Below, piece after piece: positions 11,746 through 22,377 of a DNA stretch of 64,000 bases. The position numbers and the translations under genes are program-made. The stretch lies in assembly GCA_963796275.1 (NCBI GenBank), contig CAWCKY010000001.1, forward strand, positions 192,001 to 256,000, given 5' to 3'. The notes under the pieces are model-generated. The model worked only from the letters and a program-made list of their open reading frames with translations, was not told the DNA's origin and made no database searches. Origin of the DNA: an uncultured Acidobacteriota bacterium. Lineage in GTDB: Bacteria > Acidobacteriota > Blastocatellia > RBC074. Positions within the stretch are counted from its first letter, which is position 1. Every line of letters begins with the position of its first letter.

Positions 11746-12697
11746 ATGTTGAAGCCGCTATGCTCGCTCTTCCCGATTGCGCTTGCCATGCTGGCTCTTA
11801 CTGCTTACGGTCAAACATCCGCTCTAACTGCGGCCGGGGACAACCGCAATGCCGATCGCGCCGCGATTCGCGCGCACATCGAAAGCATCTGTCAGGCCTT
11901 CATCGACTGGGACATCGATAAAATCCGAGCGACCCATACCGAGGACTGGCGCGGCTTCCTGGAAGCTTCGCGGACGCCGATCAAAGGAATAGATGAATAT
12001 ATGCGGGCGAACGGCATTCCCTGGCCGCAGACTGGCGATGCTCCAAAACGCGAGGCAAACCCGCACGCCGCGACGGCCGGCTTCAAGCTTTTTGATTTCG
12101 ATGTGCATTTTTACAGCCCGGAATTGGCGGTGGCGTGCTTCAATGTGGATTTCGGACAGAAATCCGGCGGCGACTTAATTACCCGCGTCAGGTTCCGGAT
12201 CATGGACGTGTACGCCAAACGAAATGGGCAGTGGAATCAAGCGGCTTCGCACACTGTGGTAGACCCGGCCTGGCGGGCGCATCAAATGTCCCAGCCCGCA
12301 ACCCTGCCGCCGCCCGAGAAACAAGAGCTGCTGCAAGCCCGCGAGGCCGTCTGGCGCGCTTTTTTCAGCAACGACCAGGCGCAATTGGACAAACTGGTTC
12401 CGGCCGATACTATCGTGCTGGCGGTCCTCCAAGAAAAACCGTTTCTGAAAAAAGCGGAAATCGTGGCAGCGTCCAAACAACAGGCGCAGAGCGGCCAAAA
12501 ACTGGTAAGGTTGGAGTTCCCTGAAACCGAAATGCAGGTGTATGGGGACACTGGCAATCCTCTATACGACCTATTTGTATGAACTGGAAGATCGGCAAGG
12601 CGTGCGCCACACGAACACAGGGCGTGCGACGGAGATATTCGTCAGGCGCCAGGGCGCGTGGCTCAATCCCGGCTGGCACATAACACCGGCCAAGTAG
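11746..12697 (+). CDS. Secreted tandem NTF2-like (DUF4440/SnoaL) domain protein, frameshifted near 12553
   Basis: AAAGGAGA RBS before ATG 11746, signal peptide and two NTF2-like domains. Removing one G gives VYGDTAILYTTYLYEL...RATEIFVRRQGAWLNPGWH with the stop at 12697. Confidence 0.78.
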
Positions 12698-12706
12698 CCG
12701 GGTGCT

Positions 12707-13150
12707 ATGCAGAATTGCCCGACTATGAAGGAATTGATTACTGGTACTGAGCAGAAGTTTTATGGCATTGCGCCATACTTGATCGTCGATGACCTGGCGC
12801 AATCGGCAGAGTTTTATTGCGACAAGCTGGGGTTTGCGTTTGATCGTTATTGGGGCGAGCCGCCATCGTTCGTCATCGTTCATCGAGATGGTGTCTTCAT
12901 CATGCTCAAAAGCATCGGTACAGCAGGCCACGTTCGCCCGAATTGCCGGATTGACCCGGATGCTTGTTGGGACGCCTACATTTGGGTCAAGGATGCAAAC
13001 GCGATTTACGATGAACTGCGAGCGAGGGGCGTGAAGATCACGCGGGAGATTTGCGACGCGGATTACGGCTGCCGAGATTTCGACGTGGAAGATAATTCGG
13101 GCTATATCCTCTGCTTCGGACAAGACATTGAAGGAGAGGGCAAAGCCTAA
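12707..13150 (+). CDS. VOC/glyoxalase/bleomycin-resistance family protein
   Basis: IAPYLIVDDLAQSAEFYCDKLGF and YGCRDFDVEDNSGYILCFG; start may be 12725. Confidence 0.88.
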   Translation: MQNCPTMKELITGTEQKFYGIAPYLIVDDLAQSAEFYCDKLGFAFDRYWGEPPSFVIVHRDGVFIMLKSIGTAGHVRPNCRIDPDACWDAYIWVKDANAIYDELRARGVKITREICDADYGCRDFDVEDNSGYILCFGQDIEGEGKA

Positions 13151-13265
13151 CCGTAGTTCCTTGCTACGATAGGAAGAGTGTTGCGGCCGGTTTCGATCAG
13201 TACAAAAACAGCGGAAGGACACGAAAATTATGACTGTACACTGCTTGCGTTATCCTGGCATCCAG

Positions 13266-14153
13266 CTACTTCGGCGTCCAGAACGGTTCTTTAGCCGGAA
13301 TGAATTCGACCGGGATTTCGGTTACGAATTCTTTCAGCCACCTTGCGCACTCTTCCATTCCGGCCTGCTCCGATGGAATATGGCCAAGAACTATGATCGC
13401 CTTTCTCTTCCCCTCCGCCACCGCATCGTCTCCATATTCGATCGTCTCCCATTCGCGCGCCTCTCCCGTCACCAATGCTTCCACATCATCGCGCTGTAGC
13501 ATCTGCCTTTGCCGCGGAAAACCCGGATAACCAGGCATCAGGGCTATTTTGGTCAGCTTCATATTAGGATCGCCGACCACGCGCATGGCGCGGATTGCAA
13601 GGCGCATTTTGATATCTGATGCGAGTTTGCCAAGAGTCGTCTCCGGAATAACAAACACACCGCCATTGTCGGTGTTCTGGAATTTTTCCCAGCCAAGCGC
13701 GCGGATCATCCCCGTCCTGATCCCGTCGGGTCTGCGCATATGCCAGTGATCGTGAAAACGCCAGATGACTAGGTTGTGCTTTTTGATCAACGCTAGTTTG
13801 GCCGCCAGCACCGCGTCATTCTCCTTTTCAAGCTCCTCGGTATTGTCGAGATGATCATAGAAGGTCGGCTCGTGTGTGATGATCAAGTTCTTCCCCGCTG
13901 CCGCCGCACGGCGGAGCACGTCAAATGTCGCCATCATAGTCGTTGCGACACCGGTTACACGAGTTTCGGGGTTCCCCGCTTTGAAGGTGTCAACCGTCTC
14001 CTCCCGCCATGGAACGCCTATGTTCTTCTTGATCCGATCGATCACTTGCTGTGCATTTAACCGATTTTCCTGTGTGTGAGCGGGAAGATTCAACAGGAGA
14101 ACGAATGCGAAGATAAAAGTAAGTCCACTCGCTATGGTCTTTTTCCTGGCCAT
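13266..14153 (-). CDS. Nif3-like dinuclear metal centre protein with signal peptide
   Basis: TVDTFKAG, LIITHEPTFY, WRFHDHWH and GHIPSEQAGM. Confidence 0.88.
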   Translation of the reverse strand: MARKKTIASGLTFIFAFVLLLNLPAHTQENRLNAQQVIDRIKKNIGVPWREETVDTFKAGNPETRVTGVATTMMATFDVLRRAAAAGKNLIITHEPTFYDHLDNTEELEKENDAVLAAKLALIKKHNLVIWRFHDHWHMRRPDGIRTGMIRALGWEKFQNTDNGGVFVIPETTLGKLASDIKMRLAIRAMRVVGDPNMKLTKIALMPGYPGFPRQRQMLQRDDVEALVTGEAREWETIEYGDDAVAEGKRKAIIVLGHIPSEQAGMEECARWLKEFVTEIPVEFIPAKEPFWTPK

Positions 14154-14282
14154 AATTGTAATCCTCAAATGCATCTTTGCGCGTAATGCCCTTGACCTTT
14201 CGCCTTGCGTTGGCGGATTGTTACAGCGTTTCGGTGGACTATATCACCGGCATCCTAAATCAATGAATAGCATGAGGATCTT

Positions 14283-15338
14283 ATGACAAAGAAATGGCGC
14301 GTCGCCATTCTTGGGCTGGGACATTGGTATTCAGCCTACAATCTGGCCAGGGCGCTGCGCGAATACCCGAAAGCAGAACTGGTCGCGGTCGCCTGGCATA
14401 ACAGCGCGCAATTGGGCGCTTTCACCAGCGATTTTCAGATTCCGGGTTACCAGGAATATGGCGAATTGCTGAAGCGGGAGGATATCGATATCGTTCATCT
14501 TTCGCCGCCCGTGTCCGAGATGGCGGATTGTGCGATCAGCGCCGCGCGGGCGGGCAAGCATATAGTACTTGGTAAGCCGATGGCGATGACGATGGAAGAG
14601 GCGGACCGGATGGTCGAAGCGGTGGAGACATCCGGCGTCAAATGCGTAGCCTTTCAAGGGACCAAGCGTCTGCGCTCGGGCGATCTGAAGGCGAGGATCG
14701 ATGCGGGAGAGATCGGGAAGATCATCGTGATGCATCAGACCGCGCGCTGGTCTATTGCGGAAGATTGGTATCACTCCGGATCACCCGGCTGGTTCGTCGA
14801 TCCGAAGCAGACGCCGGGCGGGGCTTTCATAGATGAAGGAATTTACTGGCTCGATCAACTCAGGTGGCTGGCGGGCAGCGAAGTGATACAAGTGGGAGCG
14901 AAGATGGCAAATCTGGTCCATCGTGACATTGAGGTGGAGGATTGGGGAATGGGAACCTTCACTTTTGCCAACGGGATCATCGCCACTCTGGAAGCGGCGT
15001 GGACTATCAACTCACCGCGTCCGACCGGACCGTCCCCCAAGCAGAACAGCGTTCTCCGTTTAGAGGTGATCGGCACGCGGGGCGAGATCATTGAGGATGG
15101 ATTGCGTGTACCGGGCAGGGCGGTGCTCGGGGCTGGGGTCTCAGACTGGGTATTTGAGCGCGACGCAGGGGAGCTTTTCGGACCGCCGGCGCCATTCCCG
15201 TTAGATCATTTGATCGATTGCATAGAAAGCGGCAGTCAATCCCCGGCCTCGATCCAGGAGGCGCGCAAATCCTTCAGCATAGCGTTGGCCGCTTATCAAT
15301 CGGCGCAGGCGGGGCGACCGATCTCCTTTGAGTGGTAA
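14283..15338 (+). CDS. Gfo/Idh/MocA family oxidoreductase
   Basis: VAILGLGH Rossmann start, AGKHIVLGKPMA and GGAFIDEGIY. Confidence 0.9.
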   Translation: MTKKWRVAILGLGHWYSAYNLARALREYPKAELVAVAWHNSAQLGAFTSDFQIPGYQEYGELLKREDIDIVHLSPPVSEMADCAISAARAGKHIVLGKPMAMTMEEADRMVEAVETSGVKCVAFQGTKRLRSGDLKARIDAGEIGKIIVMHQTARWSIAEDWYHSGSPGWFVDPKQTPGGAFIDEGIYWLDQLRWLAGSEVIQVGAKMANLVHRDIEVEDWGMGTFTFANGIIATLEAAWTINSPRPTGPSPKQNSVLRLEVIGTRGEIIEDGLRVPGRAVLGAGVSDWVFERDAGELFGPPAPFPLDHLIDCIESGSQSPASIQEARKSFSIALAAYQSAQAGRPISFEW

Positions 15339-15404
15339 TCGGCGTCCTGATTCAGGCTTCAGCTGGCGACTATCCCGAGCCAGGAAGGTAATGAAAGAAT
15401 CTTT

Positions 15405-16112
15405 ATGAGCTTCGAGCCGGATATGGTGGTGATCCCCGCAGGCGAGTTTCTGATGGGCTGCGAGACGGGGGCGGCGAACGAACGTCCAACCCATCGAGTC
15501 TGGGTGGATCGCATCGCTCTCGGGCGTCTGGCAGTGACTAATCACCAATATCGCATCTTCCTGGAAGAGACCGGGCGAGAAGCCCCACCGGATTTTGGCC
15601 ACGCGCGATCCGATCCACTCTTCGATCAATGGGCCGATAAACCCGTCACGAGCGTGAGCTGGTTCGATGCCGCGGCTTATTGCGCGTGGTTGCGCGAGGG
15701 CACCGGCAAACACTATCGCCTGCCGACCGAGGCCGAGTGGGAACGCGCGGCGCGCGGCGGGTTGGAGGCGAAGCTTTATACATGGGGAGATGAACCGCCG
15801 CAAACGCAACCGCACTATCTGGAATTGTGGGGCAACGGGCCAGAGCGATGCGGCAAGCGGCCACCTAACGGCTTCGGGCTATACGACATCTCCGAAAACA
15901 TACATGAATGGCTCGCTGACTGGTACTATGCGGGCTACTACAGCGTCTCACCGCTGCGTAATCCGCAAGGGCCGCCAATGGGAATCAGGCGCTCCTCCCG
16001 CGGCGGCTCCTGGCGCCATCAGATCAAGATCGCACGCGTCGCAGCGCGCAGCAGTATCCCTCCAGGATATCAATACAGCGATTATGGGTTTCGCTGCGCG
16101 TTGAGTTTATGA
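15405..16112 (+). CDS. FGE-sulfatase (SUMF1/EgtB/PvdO-like) domain protein
   Basis: MVVIPAGEFLMG, PVTSVSWFDAAAYC, YRLPTEAEWERAARGG and YGFRC. Confidence 0.9.
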   Translation: MSFEPDMVVIPAGEFLMGCETGAANERPTHRVWVDRIALGRLAVTNHQYRIFLEETGREAPPDFGHARSDPLFDQWADKPVTSVSWFDAAAYCAWLREGTGKHYRLPTEAEWERAARGGLEAKLYTWGDEPPQTQPHYLELWGNGPERCGKRPPNGFGLYDISENIHEWLADWYYAGYYSVSPLRNPQGPPMGIRRSSRGGSWRHQIKIARVAARSSIPPGYQYSDYGFRCALSL

Positions 16113-16260
16113 CCCGCGATTGTGCGGCTGGCGTCCTGGACCGTTTGCAATTGTATATATGGGGGCAACTATAGGTGCATGCAGCGAAATGGTGAGGATT
16201 TCAGAGCCGTATGGACTGAATTTCGGGGATGGTTTTAACCACGGTTCAAAACTTAGACCT

Positions 16261-16815
16261 ATGCTCAAACGCATTCCGACCAAAGAGGAATTGCTCGCCG
16301 CCGCCGGGAAAACACTACCGGATGTGATCGCGCACGGATTGCGCGTACTTTTTTGCGGGATCAATCCGGGACTCTATACGGCGGCGGTGGGGCACCACTT
16401 CGCCCGCCCGGGCAATCGGTTTTGGCCCGCTTTGTATCGGGCTGGGTTCACCGATAGTCTGCTTTCTCCATTCGAAGAGAACCAGTTACTCGAGCTAGGG
16501 TATGGGATTACGAATCTGGTCGCTCGCGCCACGGCCTCAGCGGCGGAATTGGCGAATGATGAGTATGTGCGCGGTGCACGAATTTTGGAGGAGAAGATTT
16601 TGCTATATCGGCCAGACTATGTGGCTTTCATCGGCATCGGCGCGTACCGCGCGGCGTTCGGACTGCCGAATGCAAGTATCGGCCGGCAGCCAATCAGCCT
16701 GGGCGGTGCGAGTGTATGGACGCTGCCGAGCACGAGCGGGCTGAACGCTAACTACCGGCCCGAAGATCTGGCCCGTTTGTTCGCGGAACTTCACCAGGCC
16801 ATCCGCGGCGATTGA
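16261..16815 (+). CDS. mug: G/U mismatch-specific DNA glycosylase
   Basis: VLFCGINPG, HHFARPGNRFW and LPSTSGLNA; start taken at ATG 16261. Confidence 0.9.
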   Translation: MLKRIPTKEELLAAAGKTLPDVIAHGLRVLFCGINPGLYTAAVGHHFARPGNRFWPALYRAGFTDSLLSPFEENQLLELGYGITNLVARATASAAELANDEYVRGARILEEKILLYRPDYVAFIGIGAYRAAFGLPNASIGRQPISLGGASVWTLPSTSGLNANYRPEDLARLFAELHQAIRGD

Positions 16816-16837
16816 TTACTACGAGGAATTTGGTCGA

Positions 16838-17794
16838 GTGAATATGCAGGGTAATTCGATAAATGCTATACAAAAATTCGAGCCTCGTCGCGAGCTCGGC
16901 AGGACGGGCTTTATAGCTACAGCATTAGGCATAGGCGACCTCGCCGATCGGAACCTCCCGATCGGAACTTGCGTCGCTACAGCTCGCCGGGCGATAGAAG
17001 CTGGTTTGAATATTATTGATACAGCGCCCGGCTATGAAGACGGCTACTCCGAACAGATAGTCGGCGAGGCAGTCAAGGGCATCCGCGATCATATCTTTGT
17101 TATAGACAAAATTGATGATCTCGAAGCTCCCGTCGAACCACAGATCGATGCTTCCCTCCGAAGACTCAATCTGGCCCATACTGATGCCTTTGTGTTCCAT
17201 AACCTCTCATCAATAGATACTTTTCAGAAGTTGATCGCACGGGGCGGCGGCTTCGATCAGCTCAATGATTGTATCAGGGCCGGCAAAACGCGATATCGCG
17301 GAATTTCTTCGCATCATCCCGATGTTCTTCATGCCGCCATCTCTGCCGGCCTCTGCGATCTCGTAATGTTTCCACTTGGCCCATTTGTCGATATGCGCTA
17401 TCTCACGGAGATTCTGCCGCTGGCGAGGGCACGCGGTATCGGAACCGTCTGCTTCAAGACATTTGGCGCCGGTAAACTGTTGGGAGACACCAGTGGCTAC
17501 AACCAGCCGTTGCAACTGAGACCGCGCGGCAAGCTTTCTTCCGGAGGCTCGGATGAGACTGCCGCGGTTCTGCCTCGATTGAGCGTCAGCGAATGTCTGC
17601 ATTACACCTTGACGCTTGATCCGGATGTGGCGTTGTTGGGATTGAGCTTTCCAAACGAGCAAGATGCTGCCTTCGCTGCGGCCCAGAATTTCCGGCAGCT
17701 CTCACTAGATGAGATGGAGAAAATTCGCATCGATGCGCTTGAGGCACGAAAGGATAAAGGATCATGCTGGTGGAACCCAGATCCGGAAATCTGA
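16838..17794 (+). CDS. Aldo/keto reductase
   Basis: RELGRTG, IDTAPGYEDGYSEQIVG and RYRGISSH. Confidence 0.88.
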   Translation: MNMQGNSINAIQKFEPRRELGRTGFIATALGIGDLADRNLPIGTCVATARRAIEAGLNIIDTAPGYEDGYSEQIVGEAVKGIRDHIFVIDKIDDLEAPVEPQIDASLRRLNLAHTDAFVFHNLSSIDTFQKLIARGGGFDQLNDCIRAGKTRYRGISSHHPDVLHAAISAGLCDLVMFPLGPFVDMRYLTEILPLARARGIGTVCFKTFGAGKLLGDTSGYNQPLQLRPRGKLSSGGSDETAAVLPRLSVSECLHYTLTLDPDVALLGLSFPNEQDAAFAAAQNFRQLSLDEMEKIRIDALEARKDKGSCWWNPDPEI

Positions 17795-17893
17795 GATTAA
17801 TCACGTCGTATGGAGCATTCATAGACTGAGCGGCAACTATCTACACAATGAGATGCCTGAAAGCTGATCGAACCGCGCCCCTACTTGGTTTCA

Positions 17894-20191
17894 TCAAAGC
17901 AATTTGTCGAGAGTTATGGGCAAATCGCGCACTCGCTTGCCGGTTGCGTGAAAAACTGCATTGGCGATTGCCGCCGCCGCCCCGGTAATTCCGATTTCAC
18001 CGATTCCGCGTGCGCCCAGAGGCGTATGCTGGTCGGGGATGTCGTTATAGATAACTTCAATGTGTGGCACGTCCAGATGAACCGGGACGTGATATTCGGC
18101 GAGGGATGGGTTCATTATTCGCCCTTTGCGTTCATCAAAGAGAGTCTCCTCCGTCAGAGCCATCCCGATTCCCATAATAATCCCGCCGCGAAACTGACTG
18201 ACGGCGGTTTTAGGATTCAATATCCTGCCGCAATCGAACGAGCCGAGCCAGCGTGAAACGCGCACTTCGCCCGTCTCCTCATTCACCCGGACTTCGCAAA
18301 ACTGCGCGCCGTAAGAAGCAATCGAATATTTCATCAGCTCCATCGGCATCCCAGAAGACGCTTCTACTTCAACAAAATCCTGCCCCGCCCTTTGCAAAAT
18401 GGCCGCGTAAGTTTCACCTCTGTTGCCTTCGCCGGCGCGGAAAAGCCCGCTGTCGCGCGCTTCTATTTGTTGGTATTTCGCACCCGAAAGCGGAGAATCG
18501 AAATCGTCTCCCGCGAGCTTGAGCAGTTCGCGTTGCGCTTTTTCAATTGCCGCATGTGCCGACGCGGCGATGCTCACGGTTTGACACGAGCCCCCGGCCA
18601 TAGGCGAATCGGGCAAATCGGAATCGCCGTAGTGAAACGAGACTTTATCGATCGGCAAACCCAGACGATCGGCGGCGTGCTGAAGCTGCACGGTCGCCGT
18701 CCCCATTCCCATTTCATTGGCAGACGCCTGTACTATTGCAGTGCCATCGGCAGAGATGCGAAGGCGAGCCGTCGCGGGAAAACGATAGAATGGATAATAA
18801 GCCGTCGCCACGCCGTGACCGATGAGCCATTTGCCATCGCGTTGTGAACGGGGCGCTGCTTTGCGCCCTCCCCAGCCGAATTTTTGCGCGCCGCGTTTAT
18901 AGGCCTCGATTAAATTCCGGCTCGAAAATTCCGTATCTTTCGTCGGGTCTTTTTCAGGCTCATTGATTCGGCGGAGTTCGATCGGGTCGATCTTCAATTG
19001 GTAGGCGAGCTCGTCGATTGCCGACTCCAATGCAAAAGTGCCGATCGATTCGCCCGGCGCACGCATCCAGGTATTGGCAACCGTGTCGAGATTGACGACT
19101 TTTTGTCCGACGAAAAGATTCTTCGCGGCATAGAGGTGCCGCGGAGGAAACGTGCATTGTTCAGCGTAACGGGCGTGAGTCGTCGTCGCCGTCGTGCCGG
19201 TATGAATGAGCGCGGTAAATTTTCCATCCCTGGTCGCTCCCAGGGCGACGCGCTGTTCCGCAATGGTGCGGCCGCCCACGATTCGAAAAACGCCTTCGCG
19301 CGAGAGCACCAGTTTGACGGGGCGATTGGCGACTTTAGCCGCCGCCGCACAGAGCGCGGTATTGTTCCACATTCCGCCCTTGCCGCCGAAGCCGCCGCCG
19401 ACAAAAGGCGCGATGACCTGAACTTTTTCGGGTTTGAGGCCGAATACTTGAGCGATCGTATGCTTGTTCTCTTTTACAGCCTGCGTCGACTCGAGAACCG
19501 TCAAACTACCATCATCGTTCCAAGCGGCGATCGTCGCATGCAGTTCAATAGCGTTGTGATTGTAGCGCGGCGTTCGGTAAATATTATCGACAGTGACATC
19601 TGCCTCCTCGAACCCTTTTTCGATATCGCCTGTTTTAACTTCGGCCGGTTCGCCCAAGATATCCGATGGTGCGACCGCTTCCGTCTTTATAGCATCGAAA
19701 GAGACGGCAGGCGTTTCCACCGCGTAATCGACGCGGACAAGCGACGCGGCATACACAGCCTGTTCGAGTGTTTCTGCGACTACTACCGCCACCGGCTGTC
19801 CGTCCCAATGAACTTTATCGTCTTGTAGTATTGGTAGATTGCTGGAGGCAAATCCTTTACCGACATCGTTCACGTCTAATAGCGGCGGCGCCTTCATTCT
19901 CGGCGCATTTTCGTGCGTTATCACCGCTATGAATCCCGACGCTTTTTCCGCTTCGGAAGCATCGATTCCCGTCACTCTCCCTTTAGCAATCGAGCTGTAG
20001 ACGAGCGCGCCATATGCCAAATTGTCGAACTTGAATTCAGCCGTAAACCGCGCCTCGCCTTTGACCTTCAATTGCCCGTCAACCCGGCTGAATGGCTCGC
20101 CGATGTAGCCATGTTTGTGAATGAGCGGGTCGGGCTCTTTGTCGGGCATAAACTTCAGAACCGTTTCTATAATTTTGCGCGAAACGCTCAT
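17894..20191 (-). CDS. Xanthine dehydrogenase/aldehyde oxidoreductase molybdopterin-binding subunit (YagR/PaoC-like)
   Basis: VGGGFGGKG, WMRAPGE, EMGMGTAT and GARGIGEIG. Confidence 0.93.
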   Translation of the reverse strand: MSVSRKIIETVLKFMPDKEPDPLIHKHGYIGEPFSRVDGQLKVKGEARFTAEFKFDNLAYGALVYSSIAKGRVTGIDASEAEKASGFIAVITHENAPRMKAPPLLDVNDVGKGFASSNLPILQDDKVHWDGQPVAVVVAETLEQAVYAASLVRVDYAVETPAVSFDAIKTEAVAPSDILGEPAEVKTGDIEKGFEEADVTVDNIYRTPRYNHNAIELHATIAAWNDDGSLTVLESTQAVKENKHTIAQVFGLKPEKVQVIAPFVGGGFGGKGGMWNNTALCAAAAKVANRPVKLVLSREGVFRIVGGRTIAEQRVALGATRDGKFTALIHTGTTATTTHARYAEQCTFPPRHLYAAKNLFVGQKVVNLDTVANTWMRAPGESIGTFALESAIDELAYQLKIDPIELRRINEPEKDPTKDTEFSSRNLIEAYKRGAQKFGWGGRKAAPRSQRDGKWLIGHGVATAYYPFYRFPATARLRISADGTAIVQASANEMGMGTATVQLQHAADRLGLPIDKVSFHYGDSDLPDSPMAGGSCQTVSIAASAHAAIEKAQRELLKLAGDDFDSPLSGAKYQQIEARDSGLFRAGEGNRGETYAAILQRAGQDFVEVEASSGMPMELMKYSIASYGAQFCEVRVNEETGEVRVSRWLGSFDCGRILNPKTAVSQFRGGIIMGIGMALTEETLFDERKGRIMNPSLAEYHVPVHLDVPHIEVIYNDIPDQHTPLGARGIGEIGITGAAAAIANAVFHATGKRVRDLPITLDKLL

Positions 20192-21183
20192 CGATTGCCT
20201 CCTTTTTCCGTCAATTCGCCTAGCACGCTGACGATAATTCGTTTGGCCAATTCGATTTTGAACCTGTTGTGAGCATAACCTTTCGCATCGGCGAGCTCGG
20301 CTTCCGCCGCACTTCTGAAGGTTTCTGCAGTTGCTGCCGCACCGGCTAAAACTTTTTCCCCTTTAAAAGCCCGCCAAGGTTTGTGCGCCACGCCGCCCAA
20401 CGCAAGGCGAACATTTTTAATCACACCGTTTTCTGTTTCCAATGCTGCCGCGACGCTGACTAAAGCGAACGCGTAACTCGCTCTGTCACGCACTTTTCGA
20501 TAGAGCGAATTTTTAGCAAAAGTGGCGCCGGGAATCTGGATTGAAGTAATCAGTTCATCGACCTGTAAAGCTGTTTCGATATGCGGTGTGTTTCCGGGCA
20601 AACGATGGAAGTCGTTAAACGCGATCGTTCGTTTGCCGCGCTTTCCTTCGACCTGGACTGTCGCATCGAGCGCGACAAGCGCTACACACATATCCGACGG
20701 ATGCGTTGCGATACAACTTTCAGAGGCCCCCAAAATCGCATGTATCCGGTTGAAGCCATCGATGGCATCACAACCCGAATTTGGCTGGCGTTTGTTGCAG
20801 TTCGCCTCGTCGTCATAAAAATAATAACAACGTGTGCGCTGCATCAGGTTTCCACCGACGGTCGCCATATTGCGAATTTGCCCGGACGCACCGAATAAAA
20901 TCGCCTGCGACAAGACCGGATAACGTTCTCGGATCAATCGATTATTGGCGACCTCTGTATTCTTAACCGCCGCGCCAACTTTAATTCCGCCATCCGCGGT
21001 TTCTTCGATCAGGTTAAACGGCAAGCCGGTGACATCGATAAGTGCATCGGGTTGCTCGATGTTCTCGCGCATCAGATCAACCAGATTCGTGCCTCCGCCC
21101 AGAAATTTTGCGTTCGCCTTCTGCGAAATTTGATCTACTGCCGTTTGTGCGGTCTCGGCTCTCGAGTAAGCAAAGTTTTTCAT
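20188..21183 (-). CDS. FAD-binding subunit (YagS/PaoB-like)
   Basis: FLGGGTNLVDLM, QIRNMATVGGNLMQRTRCYYF and KVRDRASYAFALVS. Confidence 0.93.
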   Translation of the reverse strand: MKNFAYSRAETAQTAVDQISQKANAKFLGGGTNLVDLMRENIEQPDALIDVTGLPFNLIEETADGGIKVGAAVKNTEVANNRLIRERYPVLSQAILFGASGQIRNMATVGGNLMQRTRCYYFYDDEANCNKRQPNSGCDAIDGFNRIHAILGASESCIATHPSDMCVALVALDATVQVEGKRGKRTIAFNDFHRLPGNTPHIETALQVDELITSIQIPGATFAKNSLYRKVRDRASYAFALVSVAAALETENGVIKNVRLALGGVAHKPWRAFKGEKVLAGAAATAETFRSAAEAELADAKGYAHNRFKIELAKRIIVSVLGELTEKGGNR

Positions 21184-21752
21184 CGCACCTCCGTTTCAAG
21201 AGCCTCGCGGACGGCTTCACAAATGCCGACATACGCACCGCACCTGCAAAGATTGCCGCTCATTCTTTCTTTGATCTCTTCATCTGAAAATTCGATGACC
21301 GTTGCTCCCATGTCCTTCGTTACAGCGCTCGGCAACCCATCCTGAAATTCATTGAACATTCCGATTGCCGAACAAATCTGTCCGGGAGTGCAGTAACCGC
21401 ACTGAAAACCGTCGCGTTCGATGAACGCCGCTTGCAAAGGATGTAGGCCGCCGGTTTCAGCCAGCCCTTCGATCGTCGTAATTTCTCTCCCTTCGTATTG
21501 AACAGCTAACGCCAGACACGAGATGACACGTTGGCTGTCAGCCAAGACTGTACAGGCGCCGCACGCGCCTTGATCGCAACCTTTCTTCGTTCCCGTGAGC
21601 CCGATGTATTCGCGCAGAGCGTCGAGCACCGAAACACGAGGCTCGATCTGCAAATGGTAAGTCACGCCATTAATTTTTAAATTGATTGAAACTTTGGCGG
21701 GAGTTGTCCGAGCAACGGATCCAACCGCTCTGCCATTAAGTTCATCAGCCAT
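21180..21752 (-). CDS. 2Fe-2S subunit (YagT/PaoA-like)
   Basis: GTKKGCDQGACGACTV, QCGYCTPG and GNLCRC; GGAGG RBS before ATG 21752. Confidence 0.93.
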   Translation of the reverse strand: MADELNGRAVGSVARTTPAKVSINLKINGVTYHLQIEPRVSVLDALREYIGLTGTKKGCDQGACGACTVLADSQRVISCLALAVQYEGREITTIEGLAETGGLHPLQAAFIERDGFQCGYCTPGQICSAIGMFNEFQDGLPSAVTKDMGATVIEFSDEEIKERMSGNLCRCGAYVGICEAVREALETEVR

Positions 21753-22080
21753 ACTTCCTCCCTTCGCCCGATGCAATTGCCTGAGGCGTTGTAGCTAAAC
21801 CTCCGTGTACTAGGACTTATCGCCTGGTACACGATCGGCGTTTGCTACGCGGTTCGGATGATCATGTGGAGTACGAACACCAAGCCACAGCTTTATATAA
21901 GCTGTATATAAGTAAGCTCTTGATGAGTCCGTTGGGCTAAATATGGAGGAAGTAATTTAAATTACTAATTGGGATATCTACCTGGGAGAAACTATTCAGC
22001 GCCGAAGTATGAAACCGTAAAATTATCATGTCAAGCTGGTCGACCCAGTAGCCTTCGGCGCGCAATGTCAAGCGGAAAAT

Positions 22081-22360
22081 GTTTGGAGTTCCGCCTTCAG
22101 GCGGTCAGAAAGCAGATGGGGAAAGAGAAGACCGCGTAAACGCGGAACTCCAAGCGAAATCCTGTTTGGAGTTCCGCCTTCAGGCGGTCAGAAAATCGCG
22201 TGCGGAAAGGGAGACCGCGTAAACGCGGAACTCCAAACGAAATCCTGTTTGGAGTACCGCCTTCAGGCGGTCAGAAAATCGCGTGCGGAAAGGGAAGACT
22301 GCGTAAACGCGGAACTCCAAGCGAAATCTTGTTTGGAGTTCCGCTTTCAAGCGGTCAGAA
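22081..22360. repeat. BIME-like array of seven alternating inverted REP-like palindromes, 83-84 bp period
   Basis: GTTTGGAGTTCCGCCTTCAGGCGG starts at 22081, 22164, 22247 and 22331, alternating with inverted CCGCGTAAACGCGGAACTCCAA; linkers are near-identical. Confidence 0.85.
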
Positions 22361-22377
22361 ATCTCATTGGGTACTAC

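Noticed and set aside
15405-16112. True formylglycine-generating enzyme
   Set aside because: The catalytic CxxxxC pair after RGGS is absent (RGGSWRHQIKIARVAAR)
21888-21964. Palindromes CAGCTT-N5-AAGCTG and GTAATTTAAATTAC upstream of the Mo-enzyme operon
   Set aside because: Could be operators, but they are single short AT-rich palindromes with no local regulator; too weak to call
22081-22360. Possible CRISPR array
   Set aside because: The spacers are near-identical, the repeats alternate in orientation and no cas genes are present; it fits REP/BIME
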